Origin: Roseateles agri
GTDB taxonomy: Bacteria > Pseudomonadota > Gammaproteobacteria > Burkholderiales > Burkholderiaceae_C
Direction of reading: 5' to 3'
Assembly: GCF_034043675.1 (NCBI RefSeq)
Contig: NZ_JAXCLA010000007.1
Coordinates: 452,547 to 516,546 of the forward strand
Length of the DNA stretch: 64,000 nucleotides
This document shows positions 52,541 through 60,938 of this stretch, piece by piece; positions within the stretch are counted from its first letter, which is position 1; every line of letters begins with the position of its first letter. Both the position numbers and the translations under genes were made by a program. The notes under the pieces were generated by a model. That model had not been told where the DNA came from, did not search any database, and saw only the letters and a list, made by a program, of their open reading frames with translations.

Positions 52541-53836
52541 ATGCGTTTTGATCCCAATGCGGCCAAGCTGCTCAAGCCTGGCCAGCACCTGCTGGTGGAA
52601 GGCTGTGACGGTCTGAGGCTGGAGGCAAGCGCCTCGCGCAAGAGCTGGATCTACCGGTACAAGAGCGTTGCGGGCACCATGCGGCAGACCAAGCTCGGGC
52701 AGTGGCCAGCGATGCCGATGGCGGCCGCGGTGTCGGCATGGCAGGCGCTTGTCGACGTGCGCGCCGCTGGACAGGACCCCAAGGCCGTCAACCGCCGGAA
52801 GCCGACCACCGAGCTGGCCGGCTACGCGGTGCGCCGGCTCGTCGACGACTACCTCGATGGCCACATCGAGCACAACCGCAAGCCCGCCGGCGTCACGGCC
52901 GCCAGGCGAGCGCTGACGACGCTGCTGGACGAGGAACGCGTCTTCGCGAGCATGCAGGCGGCCGAGGTCACCCGATCGCTGGCGTTCGATCTGCTGGAGG
53001 CGCGCAAGAGCACGCCGACGGCCGCCACCAAGCTGCGTTCGATGCTGGCCAGCGCGTGGGACTACGCGCTCGATGCCGGCCGCCTCGGCGAGGACTCGCC
53101 AAACTGGTGGCGCCAGGTCCAGCGCGGCCGGCTCAAGAGCAAGGGCAAGATCGTCGGCGGTGAGCACCAGGGGCGCGCGCGGCGCGTGCTGTCGCCGGCG
53201 GAGATCTCGCAGCTGCTGGCCTGGCTGCCGGCGATGCATGAGGTCGGGCGCGACGCGACGGTGCTCTACCTGTGGACCGGCGTGCGCGGCTCGGAGATCT
53301 TCTCCCTGCGGCCAGAGCACCTGCAGGAGGAGCGTGGCGTGTTGTGGTGGGTGATCCCGAAGGCGCTGACGAAGAACGCGCACCACGAGTTCGCCGTCGA
53401 CCTGCGCGTGCCGCTGTTCGGTCGGGCGCTGGACGTGGTCAAGCGGCGAGCGGCCGCGGTGGGGAAGTCAGGGGCGCTCTTCGAGGACGAGAAGGGCGAG
53501 CAGTACACGCAGAAGGCGTTCTCGACCTACGTCTATGACCTGCAACCGTACAGCGCCAAGGCCCGGCGCATGGAAGGCCGGCGCCTCACCGTGCCGGTGA
53601 CGGGCTGGACGCCCCACAACCTGCGTCGCACGGCCCGCACGCTGCTGGCCAGCCTGAAGTGCCCCAAGGAAGTGGCCGAGGCGATGATCGGCCACTTGCC
53701 CGAGGTGATGGACGCGACGTACAACTCGCACAGCTACGATGCCGAGCGGCTGCTGTGGCTGAAGCGCCTGGCTGCGCATCTGGAGAAGCTGGCCAAGCAT
53801 CAGCCACCGGTCGACGGCTTGCCGGCGCGGCCGTAG
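52541..53836 (+). CDS. tyrosine-type site-specific integrase (phage P4-like)
   Basis: C-terminal catalytic residues (R...HxxR...Y) around HNLRRTARTLL. Confidence 0.85.
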   Translation: MRFDPNAAKLLKPGQHLLVEGCDGLRLEASASRKSWIYRYKSVAGTMRQTKLGQWPAMPMAAAVSAWQALVDVRAAGQDPKAVNRRKPTTELAGYAVRRLVDDYLDGHIEHNRKPAGVTAARRALTTLLDEERVFASMQAAEVTRSLAFDLLEARKSTPTAATKLRSMLASAWDYALDAGRLGEDSPNWWRQVQRGRLKSKGKIVGGEHQGRARRVLSPAEISQLLAWLPAMHEVGRDATVLYLWTGVRGSEIFSLRPEHLQEERGVLWWVIPKALTKNAHHEFAVDLRVPLFGRALDVVKRRAAAVGKSGALFEDEKGEQYTQKAFSTYVYDLQPYSAKARRMEGRRLTVPVTGWTPHNLRRTARTLLASLKCPKEVAEAMIGHLPEVMDATYNSHSYDAERLLWLKRLAAHLEKLAKHQPPVDGLPARP

Positions 53837-54063
53837 CCTGCGCCCTTGGGTGGCGCCAGGTCGGACACCGGGCGCGTCAGCGCGAACTCCCGCAGATCCT
53901 GCACCAGCCAGCCGGTGCGGTTCGCGCTGATCTTGCGGGGCTTGGGCAGCGCGCCGGAGTTCACGAGCACGTCGATCGTCGACAGGGACACCGACAGGAA
54001 CGCCGCGGCTTGCGGCTTGGCCAGGAACATGGGTTCCAGGGCGATGATGGTTTCAGCAGCCAT
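53800..54063 (-). CDS. AlpA-family phage transcriptional regulator / excisionase
   Basis: HTH LSVSLSTIDVLVNSGALPKPRKI. Confidence 0.6.
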   Translation of the reverse strand: MAAETIIALEPMFLAKPQAAAFLSVSLSTIDVLVNSGALPKPRKISANRTGWLVQDLREFALTRPVSDLAPPKGAGYGRAGKPSTGG

Positions 54064-54952
54064 TGACGGCCTCCTGCGCGCCGGCGTCGATCGCCGGCGA
54101 CGTTGAAAACAGCCCGCCACGGCTGGCATCGAGCGCAGCGCTGCAGGCGGGGTTGAGCCAGACCACTTCGGTCCGGTGACTCGTGCCGCGGCCGCCGCTG
54201 ATGCGAGCGGTCGTTTCGTGGCGATTCCAGGCCTGCAGCGCGCCGTCGTACAGGCTTGACGCATAGCCGCAGAGGATCACCATGCCGTCGACGGCGAGCA
54301 GCGCGTCGATCAGGCGGCGGTGGCCAGCGTCGTCGAGCTCGTGACGGTAGCCGCCCTTGTTCCGCATGTGCCGCGTGGCGTGCACGTACGGCGGATCGAC
54401 GAAGTGCAGCGTGTCGGGCCCGTCGTGGGCCTGGATGACGGCGATCGCCTCGCGGTTCTCGATCAGGACGCCGGCGAAGCGCTCGCCGATCGCCGCGATC
54501 GAGTCGGGGTAGGCCGCCCAGTTGTGCTGGGCGGTGCCGTACTTGCGGCGAGTGTCCGTGCGGAAGCCCGTCGTGGCCTTGGTGGCGCCGGCGCTGCCGA
54601 ATCCCATCGCCGCGCGCACGCAGGTGCGCCGGGCGCGTTCTAACGCGTCGTCGGTGGGCTGATAGCTGCCGTCGAACTCCTCGCGGGCGTAGGGCGTGAG
54701 CCGGCAGGCTTCGACCAGGTCAGCGCGCATGGCTGGATCCCGCACCACGCGAAAGAAGTTGACGATGTCCCCGTCGAGGTCGTTGTACACCTCGGCATAG
54801 ACGCGCGGCTTGCGCAGCAAAACTCCGGCCGCACCGCCGAAGGGCTCGACGTAGCAGCCATGGGGGGGCATGAACTGCAGGATCCAGGGCGCCAGGCGGA
54901 ACTTTCCGCCGTGGTAGCGCAGGGCTGGACGGGTGACGGTTTCAGCGGCCAC
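54053..54952 (-). CDS. Dam-family N6-adenine DNA methyltransferase (D12 class)
   Basis: Motifs YHGGK, EPFGGAAGV and DPPY. GTG start. Confidence 0.8.
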   Translation of the reverse strand: MAAETVTRPALRYHGGKFRLAPWILQFMPPHGCYVEPFGGAAGVLLRKPRVYAEVYNDLDGDIVNFFRVVRDPAMRADLVEACRLTPYAREEFDGSYQPTDDALERARRTCVRAAMGFGSAGATKATTGFRTDTRRKYGTAQHNWAAYPDSIAAIGERFAGVLIENREAIAVIQAHDGPDTLHFVDPPYVHATRHMRNKGGYRHELDDAGHRRLIDALLAVDGMVILCGYASSLYDGALQAWNRHETTARISGGRGTSHRTEVVWLNPACSAALDASRGGLFSTSPAIDAGAQEAVNGC

Positions 54953-55349
54953 CGGGTGTCTCCTCTTGCAGATCCGCTTTGGCTGCGCGCAGTTGATTGC
55001 GCCATCCTGGACCGCGCAGGCTTACCTCGTGAGTGCGCGGTCCTCGCAACCAGAGTGAGTAAGACACGCGGCCATTGGCCAGCATGTCGATGCGATGCGA
55101 CAGTTCGGGCCGAACGAGCCCGAACTGCGGCGGGAACCACCAGTGGAAGCGCGATGCCTCGACCTCCTCGAGGTAGCCGCCCCACAAGATCAGCCGCACA
55201 GCGATCGCCGGGTGGGTGTGATAGCAGCGGGGCACATCGGCGCGCACGAACTTGTGCAGCTCAAGCCGCCAGCCGCGGAAGCTGGCCAGGTGCTTGATCC
55301 ACATGATGGGCTCGCCGGCGACCGTACCGATCCACTGGTCCCAGTTCAT
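54942..55349 (-). CDS. hypothetical phage protein (135 aa)
   Basis: ORF in the prophage operon with an 11-nt overlap. Confidence 0.45.
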   Translation of the reverse strand: MNWDQWIGTVAGEPIMWIKHLASFRGWRLELHKFVRADVPRCYHTHPAIAVRLILWGGYLEEVEASRFHWWFPPQFGLVRPELSHRIDMLANGRVSYSLWLRGPRTHEVSLRGPGWRNQLRAAKADLQEETPGGR

Positions 55350-56077
55350 GAGGCATCTCCCACTGGCGTACGCACAGCTCGTCGGTCGAATGCCCGCAGC
55401 GCCGGCGCGAGTGTGTCGGGCAGCACGGCCCAAGCGACGTAGAACTCGGCGCCATGGAGCCGCGTGCCGGCGAAAGAACGAAAACCCAGGAACTCGCCGT
55501 CCTCGCTGCACCAGCACGGCGCCATGATGTGGAAGCCATCGCAGGGGTTCAGCAGCAGGCAGTCTCGCGTGTCGCGTGGCGGGATCTCTGACGCTGGGCG
55601 GAAGTCAAGCACGAAGTGCGGCGCCAGGCTGACGAAGCGCTCGCCGTACTGCTCGACGGCGGCAAGCAAGTCGCCGATGCCATGCCCGGGGGAGAGTTTC
55701 CGTGCCTCGGCGCGCACGGTGTTCCACGCCATTGCGATGGAGTTCTCATCCCAGATCCGCGGCTGTTCGGCGACTCGCGCCGGCAGTCCGCGCTCTCTGA
55801 CCGGTGCTGCGCTCGGAGTCACTGAGATCCCGCGATAGATGCCCATCAGCGTCTTGTCCGAGATGGTGCTGATGGCACCGAACTGCTCGGCGAGCGGATG
55901 CTTTGCCGCGACCATCAGAGCGCCGATGTGGTCGGGCGGGTACAGGTCGCCGTTGACGACGGTGTAGCCGAGCTGCATGAGCTCTTCCAGAGCATGCGTC
56001 TTCAGGAAGTCGTCGTGCGTCGACACGTCGCCGGACTGGGCGTAGCTCGGGTCTTGTCGCTTTGGTGAGTGCAGCAT
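55346..56077 (-). CDS. hypothetical phage protein (243 aa)
   Basis: ORF; ATGA coupling. Confidence 0.5.
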   Translation of the reverse strand: MLHSPKRQDPSYAQSGDVSTHDDFLKTHALEELMQLGYTVVNGDLYPPDHIGALMVAAKHPLAEQFGAISTISDKTLMGIYRGISVTPSAAPVRERGLPARVAEQPRIWDENSIAMAWNTVRAEARKLSPGHGIGDLLAAVEQYGERFVSLAPHFVLDFRPASEIPPRDTRDCLLLNPCDGFHIMAPCWCSEDGEFLGFRSFAGTRLHGAEFYVAWAVLPDTLAPALRAFDRRAVRTPVGDAS

Positions 56078-56799
56078 CAGAAAAGTCCTTCCTGCTGAGG
56101 CGTCGTTGCCGGCGCCGGTGTGTTTGCGAGGTGATGGAGGATCCAGGCCTGCACGGCCTGGGCGGCTTCGAGGTAGGCGGCGCTGGGCGTGCCCTTGACT
56201 TCCTGGCCAGGCACGTAGGTGCGCCAGATCCGGTCGCGCAGGTCTTTGGGCAGGGCGTACCAGTGGCGCGTGCAGCCCCACATCGCCGGCGGGCACTGAG
56301 CGGTGCAGCCGGGCCAGTGGCAGTGATGCTTGCGCGTCTGGCCCTGGCTCTTGACGTAGGCGACCTTGTGGCTGACGCCGGCGAGCACGCTGGATGGGAC
56401 ACCGAAGAAGCCGAGGCGGCCGCCGTACGGGATGAGCCGCTCGAAGGCCTTCGCCTGGTCGAGCACGAAGCCGTAGGGCCCGAAGAAGTACTCGCTCGGG
56501 TGTTGCTTCACGCAATCGGTGATGACGGCCTCGCCGACGATGCCGCCGACCATCGACTCGCGGTCTTCGGGGTAGCCGAGGTGCCGCCAGGATTCGAGAT
56601 CGTCAAGGTGATCGCGCTTGCTGTACGTCACGCCGGCGTGGATCAGCACGCGGCCGCGGAACTTGGTCGACCAGGTGCGGTTCTCCACCGGCTTGATGCA
56701 GTGGCTGATGAGCCACGCGTAGGGCTGGCGGACCGACAGGCAGGGGATCATCTCCTCGGCCAGGTCGGCCCCATCGCGATCGAACTCGGGCGGCCTCAT
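56077..56799 (-). CDS. ASCH-domain protein with a C-terminal Cys/His-rich region
   Basis: ASCH signature LSVRQPYAWLI. Confidence 0.6.
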   Translation of the reverse strand: MRPPEFDRDGADLAEEMIPCLSVRQPYAWLISHCIKPVENRTWSTKFRGRVLIHAGVTYSKRDHLDDLESWRHLGYPEDRESMVGGIVGEAVITDCVKQHPSEYFFGPYGFVLDQAKAFERLIPYGGRLGFFGVPSSVLAGVSHKVAYVKSQGQTRKHHCHWPGCTAQCPPAMWGCTRHWYALPKDLRDRIWRTYVPGQEVKGTPSAAYLEAAQAVQAWILHHLANTPAPATTPQQEGLF

Positions 56800-57851
56800 G
56801 GCGTGGGCCCGATCGGAAAGCCGTTGTGCTCGATGCCGTCGAGCAGGCGGCCGGCGGTCTTCTTGCCTGGTCGGATCAGGCCGCGATAGGCCACGCCGTC
56901 CACCATGTCGTCAGGGTCGGTGACGAAGTGGCCGGCCAGGCTGATGAAGCCGTCGTGCTTCGCCAGTTCGGCATTGAACTCAGGGTCGCCCTCGCGTGCG
57001 ACGAGCGGCTCGGCCATGCCGCTGTCGACCTCGATCCACTCGCCCCACTGCTTGAACAGGAAGGGCACGTCAGGGCGCGTGCACTGATCGCGCAGGCTGC
57101 GTGCCCAGTCCGGATGCATCGGCCGGGCCTTGGGGCCGCTCTCGCCGCCGGCGATGATCCAATTCACTGCTGGCACGTCGTCTGCCGGCACGCCCTCGTC
57201 GTTCACGCATTCCGTCGTGCCGATGAGTGGATAGATCTCGGCGTCCCCGCCGCAGACCTGGATGCGGGTCAGATCGATGGGCCCGAGCATGGGTTCAATC
57301 GACAAGAACCTCATGTGCGCCGGCGTGGCCAGCAGCTTGGGGATGTCGCGGTCGGCCTCGGCCTGGTTGACGGCGGTCGCGCCGAGCCAGACATTCGGCC
57401 ATGGCCAGGCCGCGAAGGGCACTGAGTAGCCGATGTCGAGGTCTGCGATCGCGGCCTTGATCATGGCCTCGGCGTTGCCGATACGCTTGGTGAGCAGCAG
57501 CCAGTCGAGCCGCGGTGTCTTGCGGATCAGCTCGAACAGGTCGGCACGCCAGGCTGGATCGACCTGGTTGTCGAACACGTCGGCCAGCGATGCGCAGAAG
57601 ACGCGCCGCCGGCGGCCGTGCTCGCGTTCGAAGGCGTCAGCGCCGAGGTTCCAGGCGACGGGCTTGCGCCAGTTCGCGACGCTCGTCCGCCGGCGTGGAG
57701 CGCCCGGGCCCCAGTTCACGGCTTGGCCGCCGGCGTACCGTGCGTTGCGGTTCTCGGCGTAGCAGTTGTCGCAGCCGGGGCCAGCGTGCTGGCAGCCTTC
57801 CCATGGGTTGAAGGTGCTGTCGCACCATTCGATGTTGCTGCGGTCAGCCAT
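56796..57851 (-). CDS. phage Gp37/Gp68 family protein (DUF5131)
   Basis: N terminus SNIEWCDSTFNPWEGCQHAGPGCDNCYA. Confidence 0.75.
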   Translation of the reverse strand: MADRSNIEWCDSTFNPWEGCQHAGPGCDNCYAENRNARYAGGQAVNWGPGAPRRRTSVANWRKPVAWNLGADAFEREHGRRRRVFCASLADVFDNQVDPAWRADLFELIRKTPRLDWLLLTKRIGNAEAMIKAAIADLDIGYSVPFAAWPWPNVWLGATAVNQAEADRDIPKLLATPAHMRFLSIEPMLGPIDLTRIQVCGGDAEIYPLIGTTECVNDEGVPADDVPAVNWIIAGGESGPKARPMHPDWARSLRDQCTRPDVPFLFKQWGEWIEVDSGMAEPLVAREGDPEFNAELAKHDGFISLAGHFVTDPDDMVDGVAYRGLIRPGKKTAGRLLDGIEHNGFPIGPTP

Positions 57852-59805
57852 GGCACACCTCCTCTCCTTGGGCCAGCATCAGCGCCGCGGCGACGGGCCG
57901 CACCCAGACCGGCGCAGCGCTGAGCTGGAAGGTCTCGCCGGCGTCGGCCAGCATCAGCGTGCGCAGCATCTCGTCGGCGATCGCGCGAGCCGATGCGCGT
58001 GGCACCGCGTTTCCGATGCGCTCGCGCCAGGCCTGGTCGCTGGTACCGTCGAGCTGGAATGCGGCCGCCTCGATCGGGTCTTCGGGGTCGAACAGGCTTT
58101 GCAGTGCGGCCAGCTCCAGCGTGGTGAAGGGCCGGTGCCACGTGTTGTCCTCAGCGAGGATGTGGGCGACGAGGCGATCGTTTGCAGCCGGCATGGCCGC
58201 GACTTGCACCAGATCGCAAACTCGCGGATCCGCTACCGACCAGCGGCCGTTGTCGTGGCACGCTGCCGCGCTGACTGCGCCGCAACTGCTGGACCAGGGC
58301 ACGACGCCGAGGTGGCCACCCGTCAGGTAGGCGGCGCGATCCGGCGACATACTGGTGCGCGGGTCGGCGACCGCGTAGGCGCCGCAGTCGTCCCCTGCGA
58401 TCACCGTTCCAGAGCTGCCACCCCATCCCGCCACTGGGTACTTCGTGAACAGGCGACCCTGAGCTGTCGGCCGCGGGTCTGCGACGGACAGATGGCCGCC
58501 TTGGACGCCCTTGCCGCCGGCGGTGACCGTTCGGCTCGTGTCCTCGAAGCCGGCCACGTGCAGGTGGCCGTGGCGGCCGTCCCAGGCCGGTCGCGGATCG
58601 GCAAGCGCCTGGCCAGTCCCGTGCGCGCTGGTGACCGCCATGGCCGAACCCGACCATCGGACGATGCGGAACTCGTTCGAGTGCTTCGCCGGCCCGGTGT
58701 GCCGCGGATCGGCGACGCTGTAGGAACCCTGACCAGGCCCTTGCTGACCAGCGATCGCGCCCGTCGAGTCTTCCCAGCGGCGCACGCCGTAGGCCTGCCC
58801 ATCACGCCAGAGTGCGCGCTGCTGGAATCGGACGTCGGCCACCGAGAAGGTGCCGTTCATCGGCAACGACTGTCCGGCCACGACGCCGGTGGAATCCTCC
58901 CAGCGGCGCACGCCGAGTCCGCCGTTGTGCATCGCCGGCACGATCAGGTAGTCGCGCAGCACGCCGTCTTCCACAGCCAGCCGGTTCAGGCTGCGCCAGT
59001 CCTTGCCGGCCTCGACGAAGGCCAGGCGCACCCAGGTCTTCCAACTGAGCTGCGGCACGCGGTGCATCGGCCCGGCCGTCAGATCGCCGGGTAGCGGCAT
59101 CTTGCTGAGTACGTCGCCCACGGCACGCAGCGGCCGGCGCGGCGGCTCGTACAGCAGGTTCGGCACCTTGGCGATGTGTCGGGCCACCAGCAGGAAGCGC
59201 TTGCGGCTCTGCGCCAGGCCGCCCAGCTCGCCGCAGTCGTGCGTGGTCTCGGCCACGGCGTAGCCGTAGGCGCGGAGCATGGCCGAGATCTGATCGAGCA
59301 GCGCGCGGCCGCGCGTGGCCAGGCGCGGCACGTTCTCGAACAGGATCAGTTCGGGCGGGTCGTCGGCCCAGGCCTCCAGGGTGAGCCAGACGCCGCGCAG
59401 CGTGAGCCGATTCAGCGCCTGGTACTTGGCCGTCAGGCTCTTCGCCTGCGACAGCAGGCCGCTGAAGCCCTTGCACGGCGCGGACAGGAAGACCGCGTTC
59501 GGACGGCGGAAGCCCGCGGCTCGACGGATGTCGTCGGGCGTGGCCTCGCGCCATCCGGGTGGCGGCTCATGGCCGTGATAGGCCACGTACTGCTCGCGGT
59601 CCATCAGGTCCATGTCCGTGGCACGCGTGCCGACCAGGCGCGCGAAGTCGCGGTTCGCGGCCGGGTCGACGTCGACGCTGCCCAGGCATTCCCAGTGGCC
59701 ATCCAGGCCGCCGACGTTGACGTGCGAGTCCTTGAAGCCCAGTGCGCCGCCGCCAATGGCACCGAACAGGCAGAAGAAGGTCTTGACGATCGGGGCGAGT
59801 TTCAT
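57844..59805 (-). CDS. DNA (cytosine-5) methyltransferase with six tandem ~40-aa repeats in the target-recognition region
   Basis: Motifs I (LFGAIGGGALGF), IV (PCKGFS), VI (ENV), VIII (QSRKRF), IX and X (GNAVP). The repeat is W-DS-G--AGQ...SVADPR. Confidence 0.85.
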   Translation of the reverse strand: MKLAPIVKTFFCLFGAIGGGALGFKDSHVNVGGLDGHWECLGSVDVDPAANRDFARLVGTRATDMDLMDREQYVAYHGHEPPPGWREATPDDIRRAAGFRRPNAVFLSAPCKGFSGLLSQAKSLTAKYQALNRLTLRGVWLTLEAWADDPPELILFENVPRLATRGRALLDQISAMLRAYGYAVAETTHDCGELGGLAQSRKRFLLVARHIAKVPNLLYEPPRRPLRAVGDVLSKMPLPGDLTAGPMHRVPQLSWKTWVRLAFVEAGKDWRSLNRLAVEDGVLRDYLIVPAMHNGGLGVRRWEDSTGVVAGQSLPMNGTFSVADVRFQQRALWRDGQAYGVRRWEDSTGAIAGQQGPGQGSYSVADPRHTGPAKHSNEFRIVRWSGSAMAVTSAHGTGQALADPRPAWDGRHGHLHVAGFEDTSRTVTAGGKGVQGGHLSVADPRPTAQGRLFTKYPVAGWGGSSGTVIAGDDCGAYAVADPRTSMSPDRAAYLTGGHLGVVPWSSSCGAVSAAACHDNGRWSVADPRVCDLVQVAAMPAANDRLVAHILAEDNTWHRPFTTLELAALQSLFDPEDPIEAAAFQLDGTSDQAWRERIGNAVPRASARAIADEMLRTLMLADAGETFQLSAAPVWVRPVAAALMLAQGEEVCHG

Positions 59806-60434
59806 GCGCGGCTCTCCCGGCTGGACAGGGCCGTGGTGGTGGGCGCCCAGGCCGCGACCTTCAGGTCGCTATCGATTCCTTCGGCCGCCAGGCCGCTGGC
59901 TCCTGATTCCTTTCTCATGGCCGCAAGGCCACTAGACAAGACTTCCGTCGCGGACGCGGTTCGGTCGAGCCATTCCTCATCGGTGGCGCGGTCGGCCTCG
60001 GGCACGTCGGATTCCATACGGGCCATCAGGTCGAGTAGGGCCCGCAGCTCCGTGGCAAACATCAGGGCGATCGCGGCCAATCGCTTGCTCTCTTCGCTCG
60101 TCGCCTCGACCTTCCCCCCGCCCCCCTTCCCGTGTGGGTCCCGTCCAGCGGCTGGCGAGGCGGGAGTGACGGCCAAAACTTCGCCCGCGAACGTGAAGCG
60201 ATCGTGGTGCGCGAGCACTGCGGCGAGCGTCTTCTTGTCGGCGATCTGCACGTCCAGGCGCATGCCGTTCTCGCCGATCAGGAACAGGCGTCCCTCATGC
60301 GCGCCGGGGAAGGGCAGGAAGTGCCCCTGATCCGTGCCTTGAGCGGTGACGCGGAAGGCGACAACGGCGGTGAGCGCAGCCGCCACAGGCGTGAGCGCGC
60401 GCATCCAGTCGATGGCAGCTTCGGGCGCGCTCAT
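59802..60434 (-). CDS. hypothetical phage protein (210 aa)
   Basis: ORF. The upstream in-frame extension was rejected. Confidence 0.45.
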   Translation of the reverse strand: MSAPEAAIDWMRALTPVAAALTAVVAFRVTAQGTDQGHFLPFPGAHEGRLFLIGENGMRLDVQIADKKTLAAVLAHHDRFTFAGEVLAVTPASPAAGRDPHGKGGGGKVEATSEESKRLAAIALMFATELRALLDLMARMESDVPEADRATDEEWLDRTASATEVLSSGLAAMRKESGASGLAAEGIDSDLKVAAWAPTTTALSSRESRA

Positions 60435-60751
60435 TGCTGCGGCTCCTTGGCTCGCTCTGCTGCCCCGTCGGCCGAGATGGCGAAGTTGATCGCCTTGATC
60501 GTTGCACCCAACGACGGCGACGCCGCGACGATGTCGTTCTCCACGATCTGCCCGAAGATGGTGTGGAAGACCCGTGTGAGGCCCGGCGTTTGATCCGGCA
60601 TGGCAATCAGCAACTGATCCTTGAATGCGCCGGGAGCGATGCAGCGGTAGGCGACCAGGCCATGCCATGGCGCGCCTTCTTGGACCAGAACCGCCTGCAC
60701 GCCATCGGTGAGTTCGAGAGTGATCGCCTCGATCTTCTTGGCTTTCAGCAT
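60431..60751 (-). CDS. hypothetical phage protein (106 aa)
   Basis: ORF; start MLKAKKIEAITLEL. Confidence 0.4.
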   Translation of the reverse strand: MLKAKKIEAITLELTDGVQAVLVQEGAPWHGLVAYRCIAPGAFKDQLLIAMPDQTPGLTRVFHTIFGQIVENDIVAASPSLGATIKAINFAISADGAAERAKEPQQ

Positions 60752-60938
60752 CACTGGCCTCCCGTCTTGGCGTTGGGATTGGCCGGCCAGACCCTGATGA
60801 CCGGTTCGTAGTGGCCCATGCGCAGCGGCTGGAGCGACTGCAGGTCGATGGTGACGACGGCGCCGACCTTGTTTGCCTGGTCGACGAGCTGCTCGGCCAT
60901 GGCCTGGATGAGCGCGAGATCTGCAAGAGTGGCGGGCA

